The notes below the pieces were generated by a model. The model did not search any database. It was not told the origin of the DNA and saw only the letters and a program-made list of their open reading frames with translations. Shown here piece by piece: positions 19,931-30,000 of a DNA stretch of 64,000 nt. Origin of the DNA: an uncultured Planctomycetales bacterium. Its GTDB lineage: Bacteria; 4484-113; JAFGCY01. Where the stretch lies: positions 34,056 through 98,055 of the forward strand of contig CAZSSB010000006.1 in assembly GCA_964609245.1 (NCBI GenBank), read 5' to 3'. Position 1 is the stretch's first letter. Every line of letters begins with the position of its first letter. A program made the position numbers and the translations under genes.

Positions 19931-20290
19931 AATACCGCCGTGGCCAGCAGGCCGACCAGCCGGCGAAGAAAGTCCAGCGGCAAGCACGCTGCTCGCTCAG
20001 CGCGGCGCCGCCAGCTGATCGCCGTGCTGTACACGGAACGCCCGCCGCAGCGGCCGACGGTGCTCCGCGATACGTCCGCCCCCTCTTCGGCGGCATCGGA
20101 GACAAGGCAGTTTCGCTTCAGCGCCGGCTGCAGCATCGAGCAGCCACCCGTCTGTCTGGGCACACTCACGTGCGAGGGCAAGCAGCCACCCGAGACGCCC
20201 GGTGAAGCGGCGGTGCAGCGAGGCCGTGGCGGGCAGCAGCAGGCTGAACGGCTGCTGATCGTCGCTCCGCTGGATGGCGAGACGGCCGAG

Positions 20291-21097
20291 ATGCCGCATG
20301 TCCGTTTGACCGGGCTGCTCAAAGCCGCCACGCGCGCCGCCCTCGAAGCCGCCGGCGGTCAGCCCGGGCTGATTCACTGGTGGCTGGGCTGCCGCCTGGC
20401 GCAGCGCGGCTATTTGACGCGCGCCCACTGGAAGGAGACCTGGCGCCGGCTGGGACTTCAGCGGCCGGAACTCGGCGAGCGGATCGAGCGCGTCGGGCCA
20501 TATCTGGCCTGGCAGGAGTACCTTGAGCGCCGCCAGGCCGAGCTGCTCAAGGCCCTGACGCGCGGCAAGCGCAATCCGCTTCGCACCCAGCTCAGCACGC
20601 AGGACGTAGTGCGCCTGCTCAACCTGCCGGCGCCGGAGATCGCGGCCCGGGTTCTCGAGACTTTCGCCTCCGCCCAGCACTTGTCGGTGGAACGAAGCGC
20701 CGGCGAGCTGACGGTCAGGCTGGAAGGCGACCTCGCGCCACCGCCGCTGAGCGCGGAGGATGCCGCGCTCATCGAGCAGATCACAGGGTCCTACGCCGCC
20801 GAGGCCGGCACCGCGCGCGCCGCGCTGGCGAAGCTCGATCCCGCGCGACAGCACGTAATTCACTGGCTGTTCGACGCCGGGCTGCTGGTCGAGGGTCCGG
20901 ACGGCTATGTCTTCACCCGCGGCCAGCTGACGGACTACCGGCGGCGGCTGGGGCGCGAGGGGGCCGAGCTGGCCAATGTCAGCATCCGCGAACTGAAGGA
21001 CCTGCTGGGCCTTAAGCGCCGGGCGGCCGAGGCGCTCTTCGCCTACCTCCATGCAACATACGGCGGCGATTCCGCGTCAGGCGGGAGTAGCAGATGA
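20291..21097 (+). CDS. Hypothetical protein with SelB-C-terminal-like winged-helix segments (start uncertain)
   Basis: C-terminus IRELKDLLGLKRRAAEALFAYL resembles the final winged helix of SelB. Overlaps the downstream ABC ATPase start by 4 nt. The track ORF starts at 19940; ATG 20291 is preferred. Confidence 0.35.
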   Translation: MPHVRLTGLLKAATRAALEAAGGQPGLIHWWLGCRLAQRGYLTRAHWKETWRRLGLQRPELGERIERVGPYLAWQEYLERRQAELLKALTRGKRNPLRTQLSTQDVVRLLNLPAPEIAARVLETFASAQHLSVERSAGELTVRLEGDLAPPPLSAEDAALIEQITGSYAAEAGTARAALAKLDPARQHVIHWLFDAGLLVEGPDGYVFTRGQLTDYRRRLGREGAELANVSIRELKDLLGLKRRAAEALFAYLHATYGGDSASGGSSR

Positions 21098-22086
21098 GCA
21101 CTACGCCGCTACTCGAGGTGGACGGGCTGACCAAGTACTTCGCCGTCAAGGCCGGCGGCGAGGGCGGCGGCGGCGCGCGGCTGCGCGCGGTGCACAACGT
21201 CAGCTTCCGCCTCGCCGCGGCGCGCACCCTGGGCCTGGTCGGCGAAAGCGGCTGCGGCAAGAGCACCACCGGCCGCCTGGTGCTGAGGCTGATCGAGCCG
21301 AGCGCCGGGCGCATCATGCTCGGCGGTCGGGACATCACGCGGCTTGGCGGCGCGGCGCTCAAGCAGGCCCGGCGGCGGATGCAGATCATCTTCCAGGATC
21401 CCTTGAGCAGCCTCAATCCGCGGCTGACCATCGGCCGGGCCGTCGCCGAGCCGCTGGTCGTCCACGGGGTGCGCGCCGCCGAGCGGCGGTCGCGGATCGC
21501 GGAGCTGCTTGACGAGGTGGGCATCCCGCGCGATGCCGCCGGCCACTACCCCCACGAGTTCTCCGGCGGGCAGCGGCAGCGGATCGCGATCGCCCGCGCG
21601 CTGGCGCTGAGGCCGGAACTGATCGTCGCCGACGAGCCGGTCAGCGCACTCGATGCCTCGATCCAGTCCCAGATTCTCAACCTGCTCGGCCGCCTGCAGC
21701 GCGACCACCACGTGGCGCTGCTGTTTATCAGCCACGACCTGGCGGTGGTACGCCACCTGTGCCATGACGTGGCCGTGATGTACCTGGGCGAGATCGTGGA
21801 AAGCGGACCGGTGGCGGCGGTCTACGAACGGGCGCGGCACCCGTACACCCAGGCGCTGCTCAGCGCGATTCCGCGCCCTGAGCCCGTGGCCAGCGAGGTT
21901 CAGCCGCTCGGCGGCCAGCTGCCCAGCGCCGTCGATCCGCCCGCGGGCTGCGCGTTCGCCTCGCGCTGCCCCCACGCGATGGAGCGGTGCCGCCGCGAGG
22001 AGCCGCCGGCGGTGGCGGTTGGAGAACACCACACCGCGCACTGCTGGCTGGCGGTGGCTCAGGCAACGGAGATAGCGGGGTCGTGA
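21094..22086 (+). CDS. ABC transporter ATP-binding protein, oligopeptide/dipeptide (DppF/OppF) type, with no adjacent permease or binding protein
   Basis: Walker A GESGCGKST, signature LSGGQRQR, Walker B LIVADEP, and a C-terminal oligopeptide-type extension with Cys residues. Confidence 0.9.
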   Translation: MSTTPLLEVDGLTKYFAVKAGGEGGGGARLRAVHNVSFRLAAARTLGLVGESGCGKSTTGRLVLRLIEPSAGRIMLGGRDITRLGGAALKQARRRMQIIFQDPLSSLNPRLTIGRAVAEPLVVHGVRAAERRSRIAELLDEVGIPRDAAGHYPHEFSGGQRQRIAIARALALRPELIVADEPVSALDASIQSQILNLLGRLQRDHHVALLFISHDLAVVRHLCHDVAVMYLGEIVESGPVAAVYERARHPYTQALLSAIPRPEPVASEVQPLGGQLPSAVDPPAGCAFASRCPHAMERCRREEPPAVAVGEHHTAHCWLAVAQATEIAGS

Positions 22087-22087
22087 T

Positions 22088-22531
22088 ATGAAGCGCTCGA
22101 TGATCCACGTGATAGTGCTGATCTACTGCCTGCTGGCCATCTTCTGGCTGCTGGCCCAGCTGGTGCTAGCCATCGGCGAGCAGCGCGTGCTGAGCGATGA
22201 GGTGGCGATGCTGCAGAGCGACCTGGACGCGGCCGAGCAGCGCCGCTCCCACGCCGAGCGGGTGCTGACCGAGAGCCGCGCCGACCAGCGCGAGGGGCGC
22301 GCGACCAGGCCCGGCAATGAGGCGATCGTGGCCAGCGCGGAGGTGCAGGCGGCGCTGACCGCCCACGAGCAGGCAACCGCGCGCTACGATGAGCTAAGCG
22401 GCCTGCTGAACCGGGCCTCGGCACAGCTTGAGCGTCTGCGGCTGGGCTTCGTTCCGCTTGGAGTCGCGCTGCTGGTCCACGTCGCCCTCGGCCTGCTGAT
22501 GCTGCCGCAGCGGCCCGCGGTGCGTAGCTGA
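22088..22531 (+). CDS. Hypothetical membrane protein with a coiled-coil segment
   Basis: ATG 22088 sits 1 nt after the ABC stop. N- and C-terminal TM helices. Confidence 0.5.
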   Translation: MKRSMIHVIVLIYCLLAIFWLLAQLVLAIGEQRVLSDEVAMLQSDLDAAEQRRSHAERVLTESRADQREGRATRPGNEAIVASAEVQAALTAHEQATARYDELSGLLNRASAQLERLRLGFVPLGVALLVHVALGLLMLPQRPAVRS

Positions 22532-23467
22532 TCAGCGGGCCCTGATCGCGTCCAGATTCAGGATGGTGTCGCCGTCCGTGATCACCAGCTGGATGTCCTC
22601 GTTGAGCTTGTCGATCGCCAGCCAGTTCAGGTAGTTGGGGCTCATCTCCAGCTGCTCGTTGATGATCTCGATTTCGGCAGCTTCCGCTTCGGCCCTGATG
22701 ATCTTCTCTTCCTTCTCCTTCTCGGCCCGCTCCAGTATGTACTCCATGCGCTCCGCTTCCTGCTGGGCTTTTTTCTTGTCCTCGATCGCGGAGGCGACCA
22801 TCGGCGGCAGCTCGATATTGCGAATCTGCACCTCCTGCAGCACGATGTAGTACTTCTCCAGCGCGGCCAGCATCCGCTGCTCCAGGCTGCGCTCGATCTC
22901 CTCGCGCTTGGTGGAGAACGCCTCGGTGGCCTCGTGCCGCGCGAACTCGATGCGGATCGCCTCGCGCACGGTGGGGCGGATGATCTTGTCGATATACTCC
23001 GGGCCGATGTCAGCGTGCAGGTCGTTGATCTGCTGGTCGTCGAGCCGGAACTGCACCGTGATATCGAGGTCCATCTTGAGCCCGTCGCTGGAGAGCACCT
23101 CGATCGAGTCCGCTCGCGGGACGTTGCCTTCCTGGACGACGCCGCTCATGGTGTAGACCTGGGTGCGCACGTCGTAGAGGATGCGCTCGTTGATCACCGG
23201 CAGTACGAAGCCGTAGCCGGGCACCACCGGCGTGCGGAAGCCGCGGGTCAGGAGGTTATAGACCACCATCCGCTCGCCGACGGGCACGGTCACGATACTG
23301 CTCGCCAGGAACAGCACCACGACCAGCAGGATGCCGACGCCCCAGCCCCGCTGGGTCATGCTGGCGATCTCCGCCCGGGTGAAGCCGCCCTGCTGCATCT
23401 TGCGCGCGTAGGCCGCGGCCAACGCGAAGACGATTACCAGCGCAACGATTGTGATTAAGCCTTGCAT
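22532..23467 (-). CDS. SPFH/Band-7 (prohibitin/HflC-like) membrane protein
   Basis: N-terminal TM then the SPFH domain, with a C-terminal coiled coil (EAERMEYILERAEKEKEEKIIRAEAEAAEIE). Confidence 0.85.
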   Translation of the reverse strand: MQGLITIVALVIVFALAAAYARKMQQGGFTRAEIASMTQRGWGVGILLVVVLFLASSIVTVPVGERMVVYNLLTRGFRTPVVPGYGFVLPVINERILYDVRTQVYTMSGVVQEGNVPRADSIEVLSSDGLKMDLDITVQFRLDDQQINDLHADIGPEYIDKIIRPTVREAIRIEFARHEATEAFSTKREEIERSLEQRMLAALEKYYIVLQEVQIRNIELPPMVASAIEDKKKAQQEAERMEYILERAEKEKEEKIIRAEAEAAEIEIINEQLEMSPNYLNWLAIDKLNEDIQLVITDGDTILNLDAIRAR

Positions 23468-23551
23468 CAAAGCACCACCTGTCTCGTTCGATGCCTAAGA
23501 CTACCACGGCGGCCAATGCGCGCGCCTAACGGGAGCCGCCCTCAGACAGCC

Positions 23552-24472
23552 TCACAAGCACTGCGCCACGGCCTGGAGGGCTTCAAGGCCGTGCTCGGCG
23601 ATCACCGTGCCTTGGAAGCGCTGCTCGAACTGCGGCGGCGTCATCGCCAGCACCTCGGCGGCGGTCAGGTCCAGGATGCCCGGGCGGGGGATAAGGCGCG
23701 GCTCGCGAGTGCTCAGCGGCGTGGCGTTATAGGGGCAGACCTGCTGGCACTCGTCGCAGCCGTAGAGCCAGCCCGCCAGCTTAGCGCCGGGCGCGGGCGC
23801 GCGCCTCTGGTGCTCGTTTAGGAAGCTGATGCAGCGGCTGGCATCGAGCACCCGCGGCTCCGTGAGCGCTCCCACCGGACAGGCGTCGACGCATAGCGTG
23901 CAGTCCCCACAGCCGTCGGAAAGCGGCTGATCGACGGGCAGCTGGGTGCTGGTCAGCAGGCAGCCGATCAGGAAGTAGCTGCCCAGCCGGTCATTCAGCA
24001 CCATTGAGTGCTTGCCGCGCCAGCCGATGCCGGCGGCGACGGCCAGCGCTTTCTCGCTCAGCGGTGAAGTGTCGACCGTCGCCTTCCAACGGTGGCCCGC
24101 GATCCGCTCATCCAGCCAGCGGCCCAGCTGTTCCAGCCTGGGGCGGATCACCTCGTGGTAATCGTCGCCCCAGGCGTAGCGCGCCACCCTGGCGATCCCC
24201 GGCCGCGGCCAGTCCGGCGCCGCGGTGTAGTAGCTCTGCGCAACCACGATCACACTGGCGCACTCCGGCAGCAGCGAGCGCGGGTCATAGCGGCCTGCGA
24301 TGTTGCGCGTCAGATAGGCCTTGTCGCCGGCATAGCCACGCCCTGCCCACTCCTGGTGGCGGGCGGCTTCACCGGTCAGAGCCAGAGGCGCGGCGACCCC
24401 CAACGCGTCGAAGCCCAGGTGCCCGGCCTCATCCGCCAGCTCAGCCTTCAGTTGCTCTGGACTCAGCTCCAT
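23552..24472 (-). CDS. queG: Epoxyqueuosine reductase
   Basis: CGDCTLCVDACP and CDECQQVCP 4Fe-4S motifs plus a B12-binding-type N-terminal region characteristic of QueG. Confidence 0.9.
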   Translation of the reverse strand: MELSPEQLKAELADEAGHLGFDALGVAAPLALTGEAARHQEWAGRGYAGDKAYLTRNIAGRYDPRSLLPECASVIVVAQSYYTAAPDWPRPGIARVARYAWGDDYHEVIRPRLEQLGRWLDERIAGHRWKATVDTSPLSEKALAVAAGIGWRGKHSMVLNDRLGSYFLIGCLLTSTQLPVDQPLSDGCGDCTLCVDACPVGALTEPRVLDASRCISFLNEHQRRAPAPGAKLAGWLYGCDECQQVCPYNATPLSTREPRLIPRPGILDLTAAEVLAMTPPQFEQRFQGTVIAEHGLEALQAVAQCL

Positions 24473-24477
24473 GCCCG

Positions 24478-25122
24478 TCAGTCGGCGGATGGAGGCTCCG
24501 CGGCGCCGCCTTCCTCCGGGGATTCGACCGGCGCATCCCCGCCGGGCTCGTCCTCGGCCGCCTGCTCGGCATCCTCGCCCTGCCCCGGCAGCTCGTCGAC
24601 CTCCACCACGATCGCCCCTTCCGGATCGGCCTCCAGGTCGTAGACGCCCAGCGTATCATCGCGCAGGTACTCATAGACTCGCCTGGCGATCTGCTCCTCC
24701 TGCAGAAAGGAGTTCTCCTTGATCATCATCCGCTGCACCACCGGCGCCCAGTCCTCGCCGGTGTAGCGCGGGGACCACTCCGCGCTGCCGTAGTGCTCCC
24801 AGTCGAAGGCGTCTTTGAAGCCGCACTCGTGGCACCACACGCAGCGGTTCATCGTCAGCTCCTGATCCGAGACGCCGATGCTGGGGTTCTGCAGCCCTTC
24901 GCGCGCCGCTTCGGGGTAAACCGCCGTGTCGCGGATGTCGAAGTCCGCCTCGTCACCCCACAGCCGGTTGGAGGCCACCAGGTAGGTGCCCTCCTCGTCC
25001 GTGGTGGCGGGCGGGGGCGGGCAGCCCGCGAGCAAACCCACTGCCACCACCAGCGCAATCCACGCCGCAACACCAAACGTGGTCGGCCCCGGGCACGTCC
25101 TTCTATCCGAACTCGCTGCCAT
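24478..25122 (-). CDS. Lipoprotein with a CXXCH heme-binding motif (putative mono-heme c-type cytochrome) and an acidic C-terminal tail
   Basis: Lipobox LLAGC. CVWCHEC contains CXXCH. C-terminus is rich in E/D/P/G. Confidence 0.5.
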   Translation of the reverse strand: MAASSDRRTCPGPTTFGVAAWIALVVAVGLLAGCPPPPATTDEEGTYLVASNRLWGDEADFDIRDTAVYPEAAREGLQNPSIGVSDQELTMNRCVWCHECGFKDAFDWEHYGSAEWSPRYTGEDWAPVVQRMMIKENSFLQEEQIARRVYEYLRDDTLGVYDLEADPEGAIVVEVDELPGQGEDAEQAAEDEPGGDAPVESPEEGGAAEPPSAD

Positions 25123-25202
25123 CGTCGTACCCCCATTATACGGACGGGCAGCAGATTAGCGGGTTCGGGCCGGCATGGTGCTGGCACGTATAATCTGAGC
25201 AT

Positions 25203-26429
25203 ATGCACGCAGCAAGGATCTGGAGTATCGTCGTTCTCGGATGCCTGGCCGGCGCGCTGGTCGGCTTCGGGCTCGGCAACCCGCCGGGCCAGCGGGCCGC
25301 CGCCAGCGCAGACCTGTTGGCAAACACCGGCACCGGCACGGAGCTGACCGGCTTCGCCACGCCCGCCGCCAGTCCCACGGCCACCGTCGCCGCCCAGACC
25401 GAGGCTGCCATCGGCGGCAGCTTCGTCACGGACGTCTATCAGGAGGTCAGCCCGGCGGTGGTGCACATCACCAACAAGTCGGTCTACGAGGCCTTCGACT
25501 TCTTCATGCGCCGCCACCAGTTCGAGACGGAGTCCACGGGCAGCGGCGTGATCGTCCGCGACACGGGCTATATCCTGACCAACTACCACGTGATCGCCGA
25601 CGCCCGGCAGATCGTGGTGGTGCTCAACGACGGGCGCGAGTTCCTGGATACGGAGATCGTCGGCGCCGATCCCGGTACCGATCTGGCGCTGCTCAAGGTC
25701 GAGCCCGAGGCGCCGCTGCCGACCGCCGCGCTGGGTGACAGCGACGCGATCAACGTCGGCGAATGGGTGGTCGCGATCGGCAACCCGCGCGGCTTGGACT
25801 GGACGGTCACCGCCGGCGTAATCAGCGCGCTGGGCCGCGAGGGTGTCAGCCAGACCGGCCAGACCATCAGCGGCCTGATCCAGACCGACGCCTCGATCAA
25901 CCCCGGCAACTCCGGTGGTCCACTGCTTAACGCGCGCGGCGAGGTCATCGGTATCAACGAGATGATTGTCTCCCAGTCGGGCGGCAGCGAGGGAATCGGG
26001 CTGGCCATCCCGATCAACACCGCCAAGGAGGTGCTCGAGGATCTGGAGACCCACGGCCGCGTGATTCGCGCCTGGCTCGGGATTCGCATCGCCGAGCGAA
26101 TCACCCCCTCGCTGGCGGCCTACTTCGATCTGCCCGTCGACTTCGGGTTCGCGGTCAAAAACGTGTTCGCCGGCAGTCCCGCGGATATCGGCGGGATCCA
26201 GTCGTATTACACGGATCGCCGCAACTTCCATTACGACATCATCACGCGCATCGGCAACGAGCGGCTCGACGAAGAGCGGGAGCTGCTGGACGTGATCCGC
26301 GGCCACGAACCGGGCGAGCGGATCGAGGTCGAGGTCTATCGAATAGTGGACGGCGAGTACTCTGTGAACACCATGCAGATCGATCTCGCCGAACTGCCCG
26401 CCGACGCCCCGCTGATGGGTATCATCTAG
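25203..26429 (+). CDS. htrA: HtrA/DegP-family serine protease with PDZ domain
   Basis: Trypsin-like catalytic triad context (TNYHVIAD...DLALLKV...GNSGGPLLN) plus a C-terminal PDZ. N-terminal signal/TM. Confidence 0.9.
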   Translation: MHAARIWSIVVLGCLAGALVGFGLGNPPGQRAAASADLLANTGTGTELTGFATPAASPTATVAAQTEAAIGGSFVTDVYQEVSPAVVHITNKSVYEAFDFFMRRHQFETESTGSGVIVRDTGYILTNYHVIADARQIVVVLNDGREFLDTEIVGADPGTDLALLKVEPEAPLPTAALGDSDAINVGEWVVAIGNPRGLDWTVTAGVISALGREGVSQTGQTISGLIQTDASINPGNSGGPLLNARGEVIGINEMIVSQSGGSEGIGLAIPINTAKEVLEDLETHGRVIRAWLGIRIAERITPSLAAYFDLPVDFGFAVKNVFAGSPADIGGIQSYYTDRRNFHYDIITRIGNERLDEERELLDVIRGHEPGERIEVEVYRIVDGEYSVNTMQIDLAELPADAPLMGII

Positions 26430-26558
26430 CGCGGGCGCGGGGCTTAAGACGCCGCTGCGCTCCGCCGATACATAAAGGTGTGCCCTGGCGTGCAAAACGC
26501 GCGCCGCGGTGTTACAATTCAGTATCAATGCAGTCGCCTCATGGAGGAGGTATCGACA

Positions 26559-26957
26559 ATGCAGGACTACGTCTCGGGCGTTGCTCCCCTGGTTCGCGAG
26601 CGACCCCGTGCTGTACCCGAGCCCTCTCGACCTGAAGCTCGGCCTGCGCCGGCGCCTGTCATTCGTACTGAGGAGTCGTCACCGACCGGGCAGGTCAGTA
26701 GCGGGTCCACCGAAAGGGTTCAGGATCAGGTCTCCCGCGACGAGTTGGCGGAGATGCTGCGCAAGGTCAACCTGACGTTTGACCTGTTCGAGATCGCAGC
26801 GGAGTACTCGATCGAGGAAGAAGGCAAGCGAATCAGCATCATTGTGCGCAACACCCACACCGGCGAGATTCTCCGGCGGATTCCGCCCGGCGAATTCCTC
26901 GACAACCTGCGGGATATCCGGCAGGGGCTGGGCATGCACATCAATGCGAAGGTCTGA
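26559..26957 (+). CDS. flaG: Flagellar protein FlaG
   Basis: GGAGGAGG RBS. C-terminal ...IIVRNTHTGEILRRIPPGEFLDNLRDIRQGLGMHINAKV matches the FlaG family signature. Sits directly upstream of fliD, the canonical order. Confidence 0.7.
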   Translation: MQDYVSGVAPLVRERPRAVPEPSRPEARPAPAPVIRTEESSPTGQVSSGSTERVQDQVSRDELAEMLRKVNLTFDLFEIAAEYSIEEEGKRISIIVRNTHTGEILRRIPPGEFLDNLRDIRQGLGMHINAKV

Positions 26958-27018
26958 ACTGACCAGCGGCTTGCCGGCCTGACCTGTCCGCGCGTGGATC
27001 AGGCGTGGAGAGGGTCAT

Positions 27019-30000
27019 ATGTCGGTTCAATTTCTGGGGATAGCCAGCGGCACGGACTGGAACAGCTACATCGACTCGATGGTGCAGCTGCGCAGCGGGC
27101 CGATGGAGAAGCTCATCGAGCAGCGCGAGCGGCTGGAGTTCAACCGCTCGGTCACGAACACCGTCAACCAGCGGCTGCTGCAGTTCGACACCACGCTGTC
27201 CAATCTGCGCTTCGAGAGCACCTTCCTGTCGCGCACGGTGGAGAGCAGCGACAGCGGCTACGTCTCGGCCGTCGCCGAAGCGGGCGCTGCGCTGGGGGCC
27301 TACAACGTGATCGTCAACCGGCTGGCCCGGGCCAGCCGCGCCAGCTCCGGGCTCGACGGGCAGGTATTCAGCAAGGTCGCCGATCTCAGCCAGTCCCAAA
27401 CGATCGGCATCAACAGCCTGGTGCCCTACGGCGACTTCCAGTCCGTGCGGGCGTCGGCCTCCACGCTGATCGCCGACACCCAGCAGGCCGGCCAGTTCGG
27501 CGCGGCGATCACCGCCGGCGACACCATCACCATCACGGGCCAGCTCAAGGACACCACCGCGGTGTCCGGCACCTTCACCTTCGCCGGCGACGAGACGGAT
27601 ACGCTTGAGCGGCTGGCGACCACCATCGCCCAGGTGTTCCAGGGCGAGATCGGCGGCAGCGTCGGCAGCAACGGCGAACTGGTCTTCATCGAGACCGACC
27701 CGTCGGTGGCGGGGGACGTCACCTTCAACACCACCATCCCGCCGCTGGATCTGCAGTTCAACGACGCCGACTACTCCGGCTCCACCCTGACCTTCGGCAT
27801 CGGCAACAACGTCGCCGGGGCCGGGGCCACCGCCCGGCGGCTGGTCCACACCGTCGCGTTCACCACCAGCGGCAGCCTTGAGCTCAATGACACCACCGAT
27901 CTGGCGACGCTCGACCAGGTGACGGGCACGCTCGACAGCGGCGACATCATCCGCATTGCGGGCTACGAGACCAACGGCAGCTCGATCGCCCCCGTCGACT
28001 TCACCTACACCGGCGCGGCGGGGGGACAAACGATCGCCGACCTGATCACCTCGATCAGCGGCGCCTTCAGCTCGGCCACCGCCAGCTACCAGAACGGCCG
28101 CATCGTGCTGACCGCCGATGCCACCGGGCCCTCCAGCCTGGCGGTCTCGCTGGAGTTCATCGACCAGGGCTCGGCCACCGACTTCGAGCTGGATGACTTT
28201 GCGGTCGCCGAGACCGGACGCACGGCCAGCTCGCAGATGATCACCACCGGCAGCTTCACCGTCGAGGGCACCGGCGAGCACCTGCTCTCGACCACGGATG
28301 GCAAGGCGGGCAAGATCCGCGGCAACCTGACGCTGCCCGATCCCAGCAACACGCTGGGCAGCTTCGGCGTCACCGAGTTCGACATGCTGGCGATCGACCC
28401 CGACGGCACCGCCGGCCCGCTGGGGCCCGTCACCATCACCGGTCTCAGCGAGTACTCCACGCTGCAGGATCTGGTCGACGTGATCAACGAGCAGGTGCCG
28501 ACGGTCACGGCGCAGCTGGACTTCAACGGCACCAGCTACTTCTTCGAGCTGATGGGCAACCGCGGCGGCCAGGACATCCGCGTCTACGACGACGCCAGCG
28601 GCATCCTGCAGATTCTGGGAGCCGGCAACCCGACGGACATCGACACCGCCGTGCCGGACACCTACGCCACCTCGGCCACCACCGACAGCGACGATGTGAC
28701 CTTCGTCGCCTGGTTCCGCCCCGACAGCGGCGGCCCGCTGCAACGTACCGTCTGGACCGGCGACGAGGGCGGCAGCATCGACACGCTGATCGGCGGAGTG
28801 GCGATCGTGGGCCTGGGCGGCGCGTTCAACGCCGGGACGGCCACGGTGGTGACGGCCAATAGCTCCGAGCTGAACACCGAGCAGGAGACCTACAGCTACC
28901 AGTTCGGCAGCAACGCGATCGTCACCGATCCGCCGGCCCACTTCCCGCCGCTGGATCCCAGCCTGTCGCTGGCGGAGGCCGGGTTCGCCACCACGCCCGA
29001 GAACGCGGCCGACAACCCGCTGTTCCACACCGATGGGTTCTTCACGATCAACGGCGTGCGCGTCAACGTCGGCGACGTCAACACCATGACCGTCAACGAG
29101 CTGCTGGGGGCGATCAACACCAGCGGCGCCGGCGTGAGCGCGTATTTCGACGCGGCCAACGGCCGGTTCTATCTACGTAGCAACGACACCGGCCCGCAGA
29201 ACATCACGCTGGGCGGCGGCGGCGACACCAGCAACTTCCTGACGATCGCCGGGCTGACGACCGACAGCGGGGCGGTGTTCTCCGCCGGACAGCAGAAGGG
29301 CTCCATCGACACCGACCTGCCCCTGGCCCAGAGCGGTTTCAACCAGACCGTCACCTCCGGCGTATTCACGATCAACAACACCAAGATTACCGTTGACGCC
29401 GGCGTTGACACCCTTGAGGACCTGATCTCCAAGATCAACAACTCCGGCGCGGGCGTGATCGCCAGCTACGACCCAGTCTCGGACAGCATCGCGCTGCAGC
29501 AGGACCTCGACCAGAATCCAACCGCCTATCGCATCTCGATCGGCGACGCCGCGGACACCAGCAACTTCCTCGAAGCCGCCCAGCTGACGCTCGATACCAC
29601 GGTGCCGACTCAGATCGGTACTACGCGCCAGACGGCAGCGTTCAGCGTCAACGGCGTCAGCTACACGCGCAGCAGCAACTCCGTGGACGACGTGGTCGAC
29701 AAGCTGACGCTGTCGCTGAACGCCGTGACCACGGGTCCGGTGACGCTGACCGTCTCCGCGGACACCGAGCGAATCGAGGGCGCGATTATCGACTTCGTGG
29801 TCGACTACAACCAGACGCTGGAGCTGATCAACGGTCAACCGCTGAGCAAGGAGGAGCGCAAGTACACCGCCGAGCTGACGGACGAGGACGCGGACCAGAT
29901 GACGCTGGACGAAATCGAAGAGTACTTGGTCCGCCGCGAGGAACTGATGGTCCGCGATTTCGTCTCGCGCGACAGCACCATCCGCAACATGTCGCGGCGG

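Noticed and set aside
19997-21052. 351-aa minus-strand ORF opposite the 20291..21097 hypothetical
   Set aside because: The plus-strand ORF is co-directional and translationally coupled with the ABC ATPase and ends in a SelB-like winged helix. The minus translation is low complexity. Both remain low confidence.
24855-26528. 557-aa minus-strand ORF
   Set aside because: Antisense to htrA (clear GNSGGPL serine protease).
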